Shown: in pieces, positions 19,679 through 27,182 of the stretch
How the letters are laid out: each line of letters begins with the position of its first letter
How positions within the stretch are numbered: position 1 is the stretch's first letter
Origin: a virus
IMG/VR virus record: IMGVR_UViG_3300024346_010589
Coordinates: 1-64,000 of that record
Strand: one strand, 5' to 3'
Length of the DNA stretch: 64,000 bases
Position numbers and translations under genes: made by a program
Notes under the pieces: model-generated
The model's input: the letters and a program-made list of their open reading frames with translations, nothing else
Databases searched by the model: none
Told to the model about the DNA's origin: nothing

Positions 19679-20348
19679 AGTAATCTAAATCACGAACGAA
19701 ATGATCTTCTATATATTCACGACTGTAATCAGAGTAGTAATCTCTGTAGCTCTTTTTCTTTTTATATTCGGAACTGCTATTTTTTCGCCAGTCATCGAAC
19801 CCGGAGGAGCTACTAAACCCAAAAACATCTTTTAATGCATAAAGGCATCCCTCTATGTTTTCCATTTTATAAAACTTATCAATAGCAATATCTCCATTAA
19901 TTTTTATGCGGTCAACATAGTTTTCGTAATATCCAGCGTGGAATTTTAGAATAGCTTTTTCTTCGTAGGCGTATTTGATAAAACCATCAAAGTCATCAGA
20001 CATATAATACTGGTGAAATTTCTGAACATAAGGCATCATTGGTGATTCTATATTGTTTTCAACAAAATAATCAAACTTCCATCCACCAAGATAAGAAAAC
20101 ATTGATACGACTCTATCAAATGGATTACGAACAACTGTGAACTTGAAGTAATCTTCGTAATCTGGCACGTCTTGCGCGATAGCATTAAGAGCTCTTTCGC
20201 AGGTCACGTGATATTTGTCATCATAATCCTGCTGGTTTTGGTTCTTTGCATAATCTGACTCTATGTTAGAAAGCAAATAATGCTTTACAAAAGTTCCTGC
20301 AGACTTGGGTATGTGAACGTATATAAATTTATGTTCGTGACTATACAT
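19662..20348 (-). CDS. carbohydrate sulfotransferase (Sulfotransfer_2)
   Basis: YVHIPKSAGT, RNPFDRVVSMF, YRDYY, DLDYFGY. Confidence 0.85.
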   Translation of the reverse strand: MYSHEHKFIYVHIPKSAGTFVKHYLLSNIESDYAKNQNQQDYDDKYHVTCERALNAIAQDVPDYEDYFKFTVVRNPFDRVVSMFSYLGGWKFDYFVENNIESPMMPYVQKFHQYYMSDDFDGFIKYAYEEKAILKFHAGYYENYVDRIKINGDIAIDKFYKMENIEGCLYALKDVFGFSSSSGFDDWRKNSSSEYKKKKSYRDYYSDYSREYIEDHFVRDLDYFGYGF

Positions 20349-21192
20349 CGATACGATCCATTACTTCTGGATTTTCTAGATTATCTAAAAGGAACTGCTT
20401 TCCGTCTTCCCCGCAAAGGTGACATAGATTGAACGCTTTATTGTCTTCTCCTTTTTGAAAGCAGGCTTGATAGTTCGCGTTCCAGATCCAGTCTAGAGGT
20501 TTATGTTCTTGAAGTATGTCTGTTTTTGTATATGCGTATCCGTACAGATCTTGATCGATGAAATCTTTTCTCTCCCCCAATACTTCTAAGACTGGATTAT
20601 CTATAAGTCCATGGCTCTTTAAAAAGTCAACGAAGTTATATTGATCTGGTAATACCTTGGTCATTTTTCTTACAACTTCTCTACCCATGACATAACAACC
20701 TAAATTTAAATTGTATTTTGGTATATCTCTGTTTGTTTTTTCATTATGCCAGTATACATTTTCATCTTCCGGTATGCTTTTTAAGTATTTCTTTAGGAAA
20801 ATTTCATTCTTCTGCACAACTGCTGGGTGGAATCCGTATCCCATAACAAAATCGTTTTCCTTGTAGGCTTCAAAAATATCTGTAGCGTCTTTACTGACAA
20901 CCATATCAAGATCAAGAAGCGCAAACTTATCATAGCTAGTCTTCATGAATTCATGCAAGAATAAAATCTTAATAAAGGTGCTCTTCTGGTAGAAGCTAAA
21001 GTTGTAATCATCTATTTCTTTGAATGCTGGGAAATCATTCATTGAGATAATCTTGAGGTCGCAATTTATCTTTGATGCGTATCTCTCTAGGGACTTTAAG
21101 CAGTGTGGCACCCACGCTACATCTTGATAGCCTGGATTTGCAAAATCCGTATCAGAGGGTAGGTTGTTAATAATATATATTACGTTACTCAT
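20341..21192 (-). CDS. GT34/GT8-like glycosyltransferase
   Basis: ALLDLDMVV DxD, NLGCYV, DQD, WN, HLCG. Confidence 0.6.
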   Translation of the reverse strand: MSNVIYIINNLPSDTDFANPGYQDVAWVPHCLKSLERYASKINCDLKIISMNDFPAFKEIDDYNFSFYQKSTFIKILFLHEFMKTSYDKFALLDLDMVVSKDATDIFEAYKENDFVMGYGFHPAVVQKNEIFLKKYLKSIPEDENVYWHNEKTNRDIPKYNLNLGCYVMGREVVRKMTKVLPDQYNFVDFLKSHGLIDNPVLEVLGERKDFIDQDLYGYAYTKTDILQEHKPLDWIWNANYQACFQKGEDNKAFNLCHLCGEDGKQFLLDNLENPEVMDRIDV

Positions 21193-22118
21193 ATCATGGT
21201 TATTTCTAAATCTTCGTCAATCAAGCCCCAGTTGTCTGGGTTCGGGTTGTCTATCATTTTGTTTCTGATGTCCAGGTCGTTAGTCTTGCGCTCCCCTTCT
21301 TGTTGCGCGTGAGGCTGCGTGGTATCGTTAGATGCTCCTTCAGATCTGTCATGATTTTGATGGTAAAAATCAGCGTCAATTGATAAACATAAATTATATA
21401 TATCTTCTTTTGCGGCAATACGATTAAGGAACTCTGTATCCATGCTATTCATGTAAACCAGCTTTTCATTAAACCCTTTGTTCTCAAGGTAGCATTCTCT
21501 GTCAACCATCATAACACCAACTGCACCGCCATAAAAAGGAAAAACTTCGCCGTTTGGCATCAATCGGCTATAGTGATTATGCTCGTGACAAATATCAACC
21601 TTCCTGGATAATTGTTGATCATATATATAATCCCTAAAAACAGAGTGATGAGATTGATCTTCACTTAAATTTCTACGACTACAAAACGCCGCCCTTGGCC
21701 AGCTCCAACCATAATCTTTAACTTCATACTCATGGTAGAACCAGTCCATAAACCTTTGACCTATCAAGGTGTCTTGATCGATTCTCGCAAAATGTTTGCC
21801 CTCCATGTTTCTGAATCCAACATTCATTGCGTGAACCTCTGAGAATGGAGAGTCTCCCTGGTGCCTGTCAGCTATCTCAGGTGACACGGTAACTATTTTA
21901 AGTAGACCTTTAGCTTCTGGGACTAATCTAGAGGATATGGACTCCCTTAAAGAGCCGCTACGAGAGCACCAATCAACCAGTAGGACTTCGGATTGATCAA
22001 CAACATTATTCTTTGCAATGATTTCACAGGCATGATTAACTGTGTTGACACAACGGCCAACCGAATCACCATTATAATTATCATTTCTAGAAACTAATAC
22101 GTAAGATATTCTTTTCAT
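21189..22118 (-). CDS. GT2/GT7-like glycosyltransferase
   Basis: VSRNDNYNG, LVDW, NVGFR, RIDQD, GFNE...D.E, YHQNH. Confidence 0.65.
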   Translation of the reverse strand: MKRISYVLVSRNDNYNGDSVGRCVNTVNHACEIIAKNNVVDQSEVLLVDWCSRSGSLRESISSRLVPEAKGLLKIVTVSPEIADRHQGDSPFSEVHAMNVGFRNMEGKHFARIDQDTLIGQRFMDWFYHEYEVKDYGWSWPRAAFCSRRNLSEDQSHHSVFRDYIYDQQLSRKVDICHEHNHYSRLMPNGEVFPFYGGAVGVMMVDRECYLENKGFNEKLVYMNSMDTEFLNRIAAKEDIYNLCLSIDADFYHQNHDRSEGASNDTTQPHAQQEGERKTNDLDIRNKMIDNPNPDNWGLIDEDLEITMI

Positions 22119-22756
22119 GATCCTGGGACTAATCTTTTAGAGTTAAAACAGAAAACGCGATTTTGATTAGGCACTGTAACTTGTATACCTCCAATTTCTT
22201 TTAACATGTTCATGTGCATAGATCCTGGAGTGGATACGTGCTTTTCAAGATGCTTTAAGCAGTGAAAATTTATACTATTTCTGTATTGTTTATCTATGTT
22301 GTGATTGTATGTATTTGGAACTATGTAAAAAATCTTATTCATCCAGTTAAACGCATCATTTAATTTTAAAAGAATATCTTCCGAGTCGGTGACCACAAAG
22401 AAATTAGCCTTTCTCGCATTGATTTGAACTTTATTCATTTGCGCGATATAAACATTAATGTCACTAACTTTGTCGGCCTCGAGAATAACTCCCCAAGTAT
22501 GCTCAGTAATCCTTTTATTGATTCTTATTATTTCTTCGATAGCTGTTTCTGGCATAGAGCTAAGGCTATGAATTTCGTTTTCAAATTTGTAAGATTTGTA
22601 TTCCATTGTTAGTTCTTTTATTTTGTGTTGTTCAGTGTAGTATTTAAGTGATTGTTCGTAGTTTAATTCTCTATCTAGGTATTTTAATATTTGAAGGCTT
22701 TTATTTTCGTATGCTGTTTTAGCTTTATTTAGTTTTTTTTTAAAATAAGATATCAT
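22115..22756 (-). CDS. hypothetical, possibly degenerate fucosyltransferase-clan protein
   Basis: FFVVTDSE motif II-like; first gene of the glycan operon. Confidence 0.4.
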   Translation of the reverse strand: MISYFKKKLNKAKTAYENKSLQILKYLDRELNYEQSLKYYTEQHKIKELTMEYKSYKFENEIHSLSSMPETAIEEIIRINKRITEHTWGVILEADKVSDINVYIAQMNKVQINARKANFFVVTDSEDILLKLNDAFNWMNKIFYIVPNTYNHNIDKQYRNSINFHCLKHLEKHVSTPGSMHMNMLKEIGGIQVTVPNQNRVFCFNSKRLVPGS

Positions 22757-22761
22757 TAAGT

Positions 22762-22963
22762 TGGTGGAGCTGGAGGGAGGTCAACCTTATTGACTACCAG
22801 TTTTGATAGTTTTTTGACTATTAATTTAGCGGTTTTTTTTATAATTAAAAATGCCATTGTAATCCATAAAGTAAATTAAGCACAGTCAATTATGAATTAT
22901 TAATTAATTTAAAATCCCAAAGAAATAGAGAAAAATAAAAAATAGTTGAAATCGTACAGAGCA
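22762..22963 (-). pseudogene. probable decayed tmRNA (ssrA) or tmRNA 3' fragment
   Basis: 3' end CTCCCTCCAGCTCCACCA matches the tmRNA T-arm/acceptor/CCA; 5' CTGTACGATTTCAAC resembles (GGGG)CTGTACGGTTTCGAC; acceptor and T stems broken; only ~200 nt. Confidence 0.45.
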
Positions 22964-22975
22964 TCGTTAGTTAGA

Positions 22976-23512
22976 TTACACATTATTGAGTATAAATTTT
23001 ACTATAATATCTCCCCTTTCTTTTTTGGAGGAGAAGGCCCATAGCCATACATAGCTGTTTCTAATGTCAGATATGGTCTTTTCGGTTTTAATTATGCTTG
23101 CTTCTATGAATTTAATGTCTGAGAACTTCATTTTATTCAAGTCTATTTTTAAATCTTTAGCTATTGAGACTAGTTTATCAATCTTATTTTCTTTTTTTGC
23201 CTCTGTTGCTTCTTGGTATGCGTCTAGTTTTTTATCATTATTGGCGACTTTATCTGGGTGAGTTTCGATTGCTATCTTTCTGTATAAGGATTTAAATTCA
23301 GGCGCAACTTCAGGCTCACCCTTCTTTTCTTTATCTTCTTTGAGTTTTTCTAGTGGGTTTTGTAGGTCGTTTCTACTGCAATAATCACAAACCTCAGAAC
23401 AAAATATAGGCACTGACTCTTCGTATATAGAGTTAACTTCCGATAACTCGTTATTGAGTTCAGAACATTTAGCCTTTAGCTTTCTTAGTAGTTTTGATTT
23501 ATAATCGTCCAA
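22976..23512 (-). CDS. DnaJ (J-domain) protein
   Basis: LYRKIAIETHPDKV with HPD motif, flanked by coiled coils. Confidence 0.75.
   Translation of the reverse strand: MDDYKSKLLRKLKAKCSELNNELSEVNSIYEESVPIFCSEVCDYCSRNDLQNPLEKLKEDKEKKGEPEVAPEFKSLYRKIAIETHPDKVANNDKKLDAYQEATEAKKENKIDKLVSIAKDLKIDLNKMKFSDIKFIEASIIKTEKTISDIRNSYVWLWAFSSKKERGDIIVKFILNNV
22977..22981 (-). promoter_or_regulatory. GTGTA motif upstream of the tmRNA-like element and glycan operon
   Basis: GTGTAATCTAACTAACG. Confidence 0.55.
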
Positions 23513-23541
23513 TATACAATATTATAAAATAATATTGATAT

Positions 23542-23793
23542 TTACCCACTACTAATTTTCAAGAAATCAGAGCCATCTCTCCATACAGCCCCCCTTACCA
23601 AGGGGTCAACAGTAGGAATATTATCATAGTCAAGAATCAAATACCCCAAGCTGGCAGAAATCGAAGAAATACTTGAGCTAGAAATAGATGATGCGGAAAC
23701 CTGACCTAGGTCAGACACATCACTGTCTAGGTTCTGGAAGATTCCGCTTTCGCCGCTAGTATTGCTTAATGTGTATAATGGAACTTTTGCCAT
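23542..23793 (-). CDS. small virion fiber-type protein
   Basis: C-terminal NIPTVDP.VRGAVWRDG..LKISSG resembles the LPTSDP..AG.LW..G.LKIS motif of phage fibers; upstream GTGTA motif. Confidence 0.5.
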   Translation of the reverse strand: MAKVPLYTLSNTSGESGIFQNLDSDVSDLGQVSASSISSSSISSISASLGYLILDYDNIPTVDPLVRGAVWRDGSDFLKISSG

Positions 23794-23802
23794 AATATAT
23801 AT

Positions 23803-23807
23803 TACAC
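23803..23807 (-). promoter_or_regulatory. GTGTA motif, 9 nt before ATG 23793
   Basis: GTGTAATATATATTATG. Confidence 0.6.
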
Positions 23808-23816
23808 GTAAGAATT

Positions 23817-23884
23817 AAGCGCCTTGAAGATGAATATCAGAATCTTGATCAAACAAGATGATAGGGTGAATCTCCAGGGCGCTT
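23817..23884. terminator. long imperfect hairpin after nrdB, likely (bidirectional) terminator
   Basis: AAGCGCCTTGAAGAT...ATCTCCAGGGCGCTT outer stem, ATCTTG/CAAGAT inner stem, T-run on + side. Confidence 0.6.
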
Positions 23885-23892
23885 TTTAGAAT

Positions 23893-24906
23893 TTAAAAGT
23901 CGTCTTCTAGTGAGCCGCTTTGTTGATACTCGCGGACTCTTCTTTCGAAGAAATTACCCATCGCCTGCACATCAACAACCTCTCCTAGCCAAGGGAATGG
24001 GTTTTTATCGCTAGGGAACCTGTAGTCTAATCCTATAGCTTCTAAGCGTCTATTACCAATGTAATGCATATAGTCCACGAACATGTCTGCATTCAACCCA
24101 AGTATTCCGGTGGGAAGAACATCTTTTGCATAAGCAATTTCAAGGTCAACTGCTTTTTTAATGTGTTCAATGAATTCCTCTTGAATTTCTTTAGTCCAAA
24201 TAGAGGGGTTTTGATCAATTAAAGTATTGATGAGATAAGTTCCAAATGCAATGTGAGAGCTTTCGTCCCTCAATGTATATTTAATCTGATCAGAAACACC
24301 CTGTAATTTATTTTGACGACCAAGCGCAAGAAGCATAGCAAATCCACTAAAGAAAAAAGTACCTTCGCATATAATCCAGTAGGTCAAGAAGTTTCTTAAT
24401 ATAGCCTGCTTGCCCTCAATGCTAGTTGAGTTGAAGTCATTAGAACTAATATCGTCAGTAATCTGCATCAAGAAGTCATCCTTAGCTTTAATGCTTGGAA
24501 CATTTTGATAGGCCGCATAGACCTCGTCAATTTCTAAATCAAGACTATCGCATATGTATACAACAGTTAGGTTGTGAAGACTTTCTTCAAAAGCTTGACG
24601 CAATATATACTGGCGACACTCAGCGTCTGTAATATAACGAAAAGCGGACAAAAGCAAATTATTGCCAACCAAAGACTCACTTCCTGCAAAAAATCCAAGA
24701 CATCGTTTGACAAGTAATTTTTCATCTTCTGTAATTTCATTGTTTTTCCATTGAGCTATATCGTTTTGCATAGATATTTCAGTGGGCATCCAGTTATTTG
24801 CACAGCTTTTAAGGAATAAGTCCCATGCATATTTATGTTTATGGGGCAATATTCTGTTTACCCCGGCGATATTGTCTGTTAAAAGTTCTCCTGTTTTATC
24901 TTTCAT
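23893..24906 (-). CDS. nrdB: ribonucleotide reductase beta subunit, class Ic-type (Val at radical Tyr site)
   Basis: Ligands E77, E108/H111, EGTFF, DESSH; V115 at the H+4 Tyr position; C-terminal NFFERRVREYQ. Confidence 0.9.
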   Translation of the reverse strand: MKDKTGELLTDNIAGVNRILPHKHKYAWDLFLKSCANNWMPTEISMQNDIAQWKNNEITEDEKLLVKRCLGFFAGSESLVGNNLLLSAFRYITDAECRQYILRQAFEESLHNLTVVYICDSLDLEIDEVYAAYQNVPSIKAKDDFLMQITDDISSNDFNSTSIEGKQAILRNFLTYWIICEGTFFFSGFAMLLALGRQNKLQGVSDQIKYTLRDESSHIAFGTYLINTLIDQNPSIWTKEIQEEFIEHIKKAVDLEIAYAKDVLPTGILGLNADMFVDYMHYIGNRRLEAIGLDYRFPSDKNPFPWLGEVVDVQAMGNFFERRVREYQQSGSLEDDF

Positions 24907-24945
24907 GTATAGTATAACGAATGCGATTAATAATTAGATCACACA

Positions 24946-24974
24946 ACTATACAACAAAAAACAAGAAAGGTCAA
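24946..24974 (-). promoter_or_regulatory. sigma70-type promoter TTGACC-17-TATAGT for nrdB
   Basis: Read on - strand, 17 nt spacer. Confidence 0.65.
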
Positions 24975-24985
24975 GCAAAAAAAAA

Positions 24986-25309
24986 TCAAGAACGATTCTT
25001 AAATCTTTTAATTAACGACGTTAAATAAGAATAAACTATCGGCCAAAAACAAATAACCATAACAATAGTTGACAGTATAGAGAAAACTGCAAAAGGAGTA
25101 TCGTAGTCTATTGAATTGTTTTTATTAAAAAATTTAATTGATTCATTTTTATCTATAACTTGGTCTTTATTTATATCAGCTTTATTGAAATCATTAATAC
25201 TTGGTATAACTTGTTGTATGCTTGTCGGGTTATTTGTGTTTTTACTTTTTTTAAATGTAGAACAATTAAGCAAAAAAGGGATAATTAAAATTAATAGATA
25301 TTTTTTCAT
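24986..25309 (-). CDS. putative lipoprotein with EF-hand-like loop and C-terminal TM helix
   Basis: MKKYLLILIIPFLLNC lipobox-like signal; DINKDQVIDKNE EF-hand; hydrophobic C-terminal helix. Confidence 0.55.
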   Translation of the reverse strand: MKKYLLILIIPFLLNCSTFKKSKNTNNPTSIQQVIPSINDFNKADINKDQVIDKNESIKFFNKNNSIDYDTPFAVFSILSTIVMVICFWPIVYSYLTSLIKRFKNRS

Positions 25310-25627
25310 TTATAAATTGTCTGATATTTTTTTGAGTCTAGTTATTATGTAGTTTAGGTTTAGTGCATTTATTCTATCTACAACTATATCTCCTTTTTTG
25401 GGATGGATTAATGCGCCAGACTCCAGCTCCCCCTCGTGGAGAACATAGGAGATGAAATCATGAGCGCCGTTATTCTTCAACCAATTCCAGTACATAGATC
25501 TTGTACCCATCTTGCAGGAAAGCAGTACGTTTTCAAAATGAAACACTTTACTATACATAGTCACGTCCCTGAAACAGGATATCTCGCTGGGTGGTTCGGA
25601 TAGAGTTGAATCTATGATTAAATTCAT
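25310..25627 (-). CDS. hypothetical protein
   Basis: 105 aa ORF abutting both neighbours. Confidence 0.6.
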   Translation of the reverse strand: MNLIIDSTLSEPPSEISCFRDVTMYSKVFHFENVLLSCKMGTRSMYWNWLKNNGAHDFISYVLHEGELESGALIHPKKGDIVVDRINALNLNYIITRLKKISDNL

Positions 25628-26733
25628 TAACTAGAGGATATGATCAATGCCAGAATCACAACTATTGCGCAAATTATCAATGGTATGTTTTTGCTTTTCT
25701 TGGGTTCTGGTTCTACAGGCTCTGGTTCTGGTTCGACAGGCTCTGGTTCTGGTTCTATGGGCTCTGGTTCAACAGGCTCTGGTTCAACAGGCTCTGGTTC
25801 AACAGGCTCTGGCTCTGGTTCTATGGGCTCTGGTTCAACAGGCTCTGGTTCAACAGGCTCTGGTTCTGGTTCGGGGTCAATTGGTTTTGGGTTAACAAAC
25901 CCATCCGAAAACTCTACATAGTAAGGGCCAATAGAGTTCATGATAGAGGACTTAAATAAGGAATCCTCCATAAAAAAGTAGCCAGAGTTTCCAAAAAATA
26001 AACCCCAACTGTTTTGAAATTCCCAGTAAAGCTTGTCGTTTATATACTTCCAACCAATGAGGCATACCGCATGGCCACCTGCAACCTCTGATGCTAGGTA
26101 TTTTTCTGTATCAACAATGCCGTCATAGCCAATGGAAAAAAAGTAATCCCTGACTTTGAATGCATACCAAAGTGGCCGGTCAATCACCATCCTTTTAATC
26201 TCTTCTGTTTCAGAGCAGGGTATAACGTGGTAGGAGCTAATCTTTTTGAGTCCAGCGTCTTCTTTTGCTCCTTCTTTGGGGTTACTGGATTCGCTATCTA
26301 TATATGGCCAAAAGCTTTCAAAGCAGCAACCTTCGTTTATTAATGCGTTAGCAGCACCCCTGATTGATGTTCCTGAGTAATCTTCACCGGCCCATGGGTC
26401 GTATTTTTTAGCGGTCTTGTATATCCACATAGGGCTTGGCTCTTCGTTCTTGAACGCACTAGCCGAACCAAGAACAACCCTTCCGCTGTGGCCCACGCAT
26501 GAACCTATTGACCCTTGGTTAGCGACGCTTACGCATAGTGATCTTCTGGAGAATTCCTTACTGTTGACACTTTCGGATTTTAAATACTCAGAGACGTGAA
26601 CCCAATCTCTTTTATCTGCAGGATGTTCAGAAACATTTAATTTTTTTTCTGAAAATTTATTCTTTTTAACGTATTTAGATACTGGATTGTCTAGTAATAA
26701 GGACGCTATCGATTGTATTAGTTTTTTTCTCAT
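25627..26733 (-). CDS. papain-like (C1) cysteine peptidase with Pro-Glu stalk and C-terminal membrane anchor
   Basis: NQGSIGSCVG (Q,C), GGHAVCLIGW (H), FQNSWG (N); (EPEPV/I)n; terminal hydrophobic helix. Confidence 0.85.
   Translation of the reverse strand: MRKKLIQSIASLLLDNPVSKYVKKNKFSEKKLNVSEHPADKRDWVHVSEYLKSESVNSKEFSRRSLCVSVANQGSIGSCVGHSGRVVLGSASAFKNEEPSPMWIYKTAKKYDPWAGEDYSGTSIRGAANALINEGCCFESFWPYIDSESSNPKEGAKEDAGLKKISSYHVIPCSETEEIKRMVIDRPLWYAFKVRDYFFSIGYDGIVDTEKYLASEVAGGHAVCLIGWKYINDKLYWEFQNSWGLFFGNSGYFFMEDSLFKSSIMNSIGPYYVEFSDGFVNPKPIDPEPEPEPVEPEPVEPEPIEPEPEPVEPEPVEPEPVEPEPIEPEPEPVEPEPEPVEPEPKKSKNIPLIICAIVVILALIISSS
25702..25878. repeat. tandem 15/21-nt repeats encoding PEPVE/PEPEPIE
   Basis: ggctctggttcaaca units repeated about 10 times. 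Confidence 0.95.
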
Positions 26734-26742
26734 GTATATAAA

Positions 26743-26747
26743 TACAC
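26743..26747 (-). promoter_or_regulatory. GTGTA motif, 9 nt before ATG 26733
   Basis: GTGTATTTATATACATG. Confidence 0.6.
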
Positions 26748-26759
26748 ATTAAAGTGCAA

Positions 26760-27182
26760 TTATATACCATCTAAGAGGTTAACTATGTTGGGATCTATCA
26801 AGTCTTGGAAGTTTACTAGCTCGTTGATTTTAAACCAACCAAACTCACTATGTTCTTGGCATAACTGTGGAACCACTATTTTATTGGACCTATGTATATG
26901 AAAGTAAAAATCACAATATTCATCTCTTATTACATCGATAAACTCAATAAATTTAAAGTCTACAAATATTTTTGACTCTTCCAGTAATTCTCTTCCAGCG
27001 CACTCAATTGGAGTTTCGCCTTCATCTATTGATCCACCGAACACAGACCAGTAACCTCCGTAAGGATATGACTTTCCGGTAACATAGCACTTTTCTGACC
27101 TCTTGGCTAATAGTACCGAATTTTCAAATAGTACAGCAACGCCAGAAGCTCTTCTATTGGCAGCTTTCACATTCTCCACCAT
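26760..27182 (-). CDS. Nudix hydrolase
   Basis: Nudix box GGSIDEGETPIECAGRELLEESKI; EHSEFGW. Confidence 0.85.
   Translation of the reverse strand: MVENVKAANRRASGVAVLFENSVLLAKRSEKCYVTGKSYPYGGYWSVFGGSIDEGETPIECAGRELLEESKIFVDFKFIEFIDVIRDEYCDFYFHIHRSNKIVVPQLCQEHSEFGWFKINELVNFQDLIDPNIVNLLDGI

Noticed and set aside
3758-22756. Bacterial O-antigen/capsule locus or giant-virus (NCLDV) origin
   Set aside because: No wzx/wzy/kps/ABC export genes; the flanks are lambda-type tail genes, bacterial SSB, a sigma factor and sigma70 promoters, which indicate a bacteriophage
22890-22964. 24 aa hydrophobic mini-ORF (MLCTISTIFYFSLFLWDFKLINNS) after the GTGTA motif
   Set aside because: Could arise by chance in T-rich DNA and overlaps the tmRNA-like 5' remnant; not supportable as a CDS
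23586-23593. GGGGCTG on the - strand as an intact tmRNA 5' end
   Set aside because: Inside a coding gene, not followed by a TTCGAC-like motif, and ~830 nt from the CCA end
25640-25921. GSGST and QQALV repeat ORFs on the + strand; possible CRISPR-like array
   Set aside because: Shadows of the PEPVE coding repeat; there are no unique spacers, so it is not a CRISPR array
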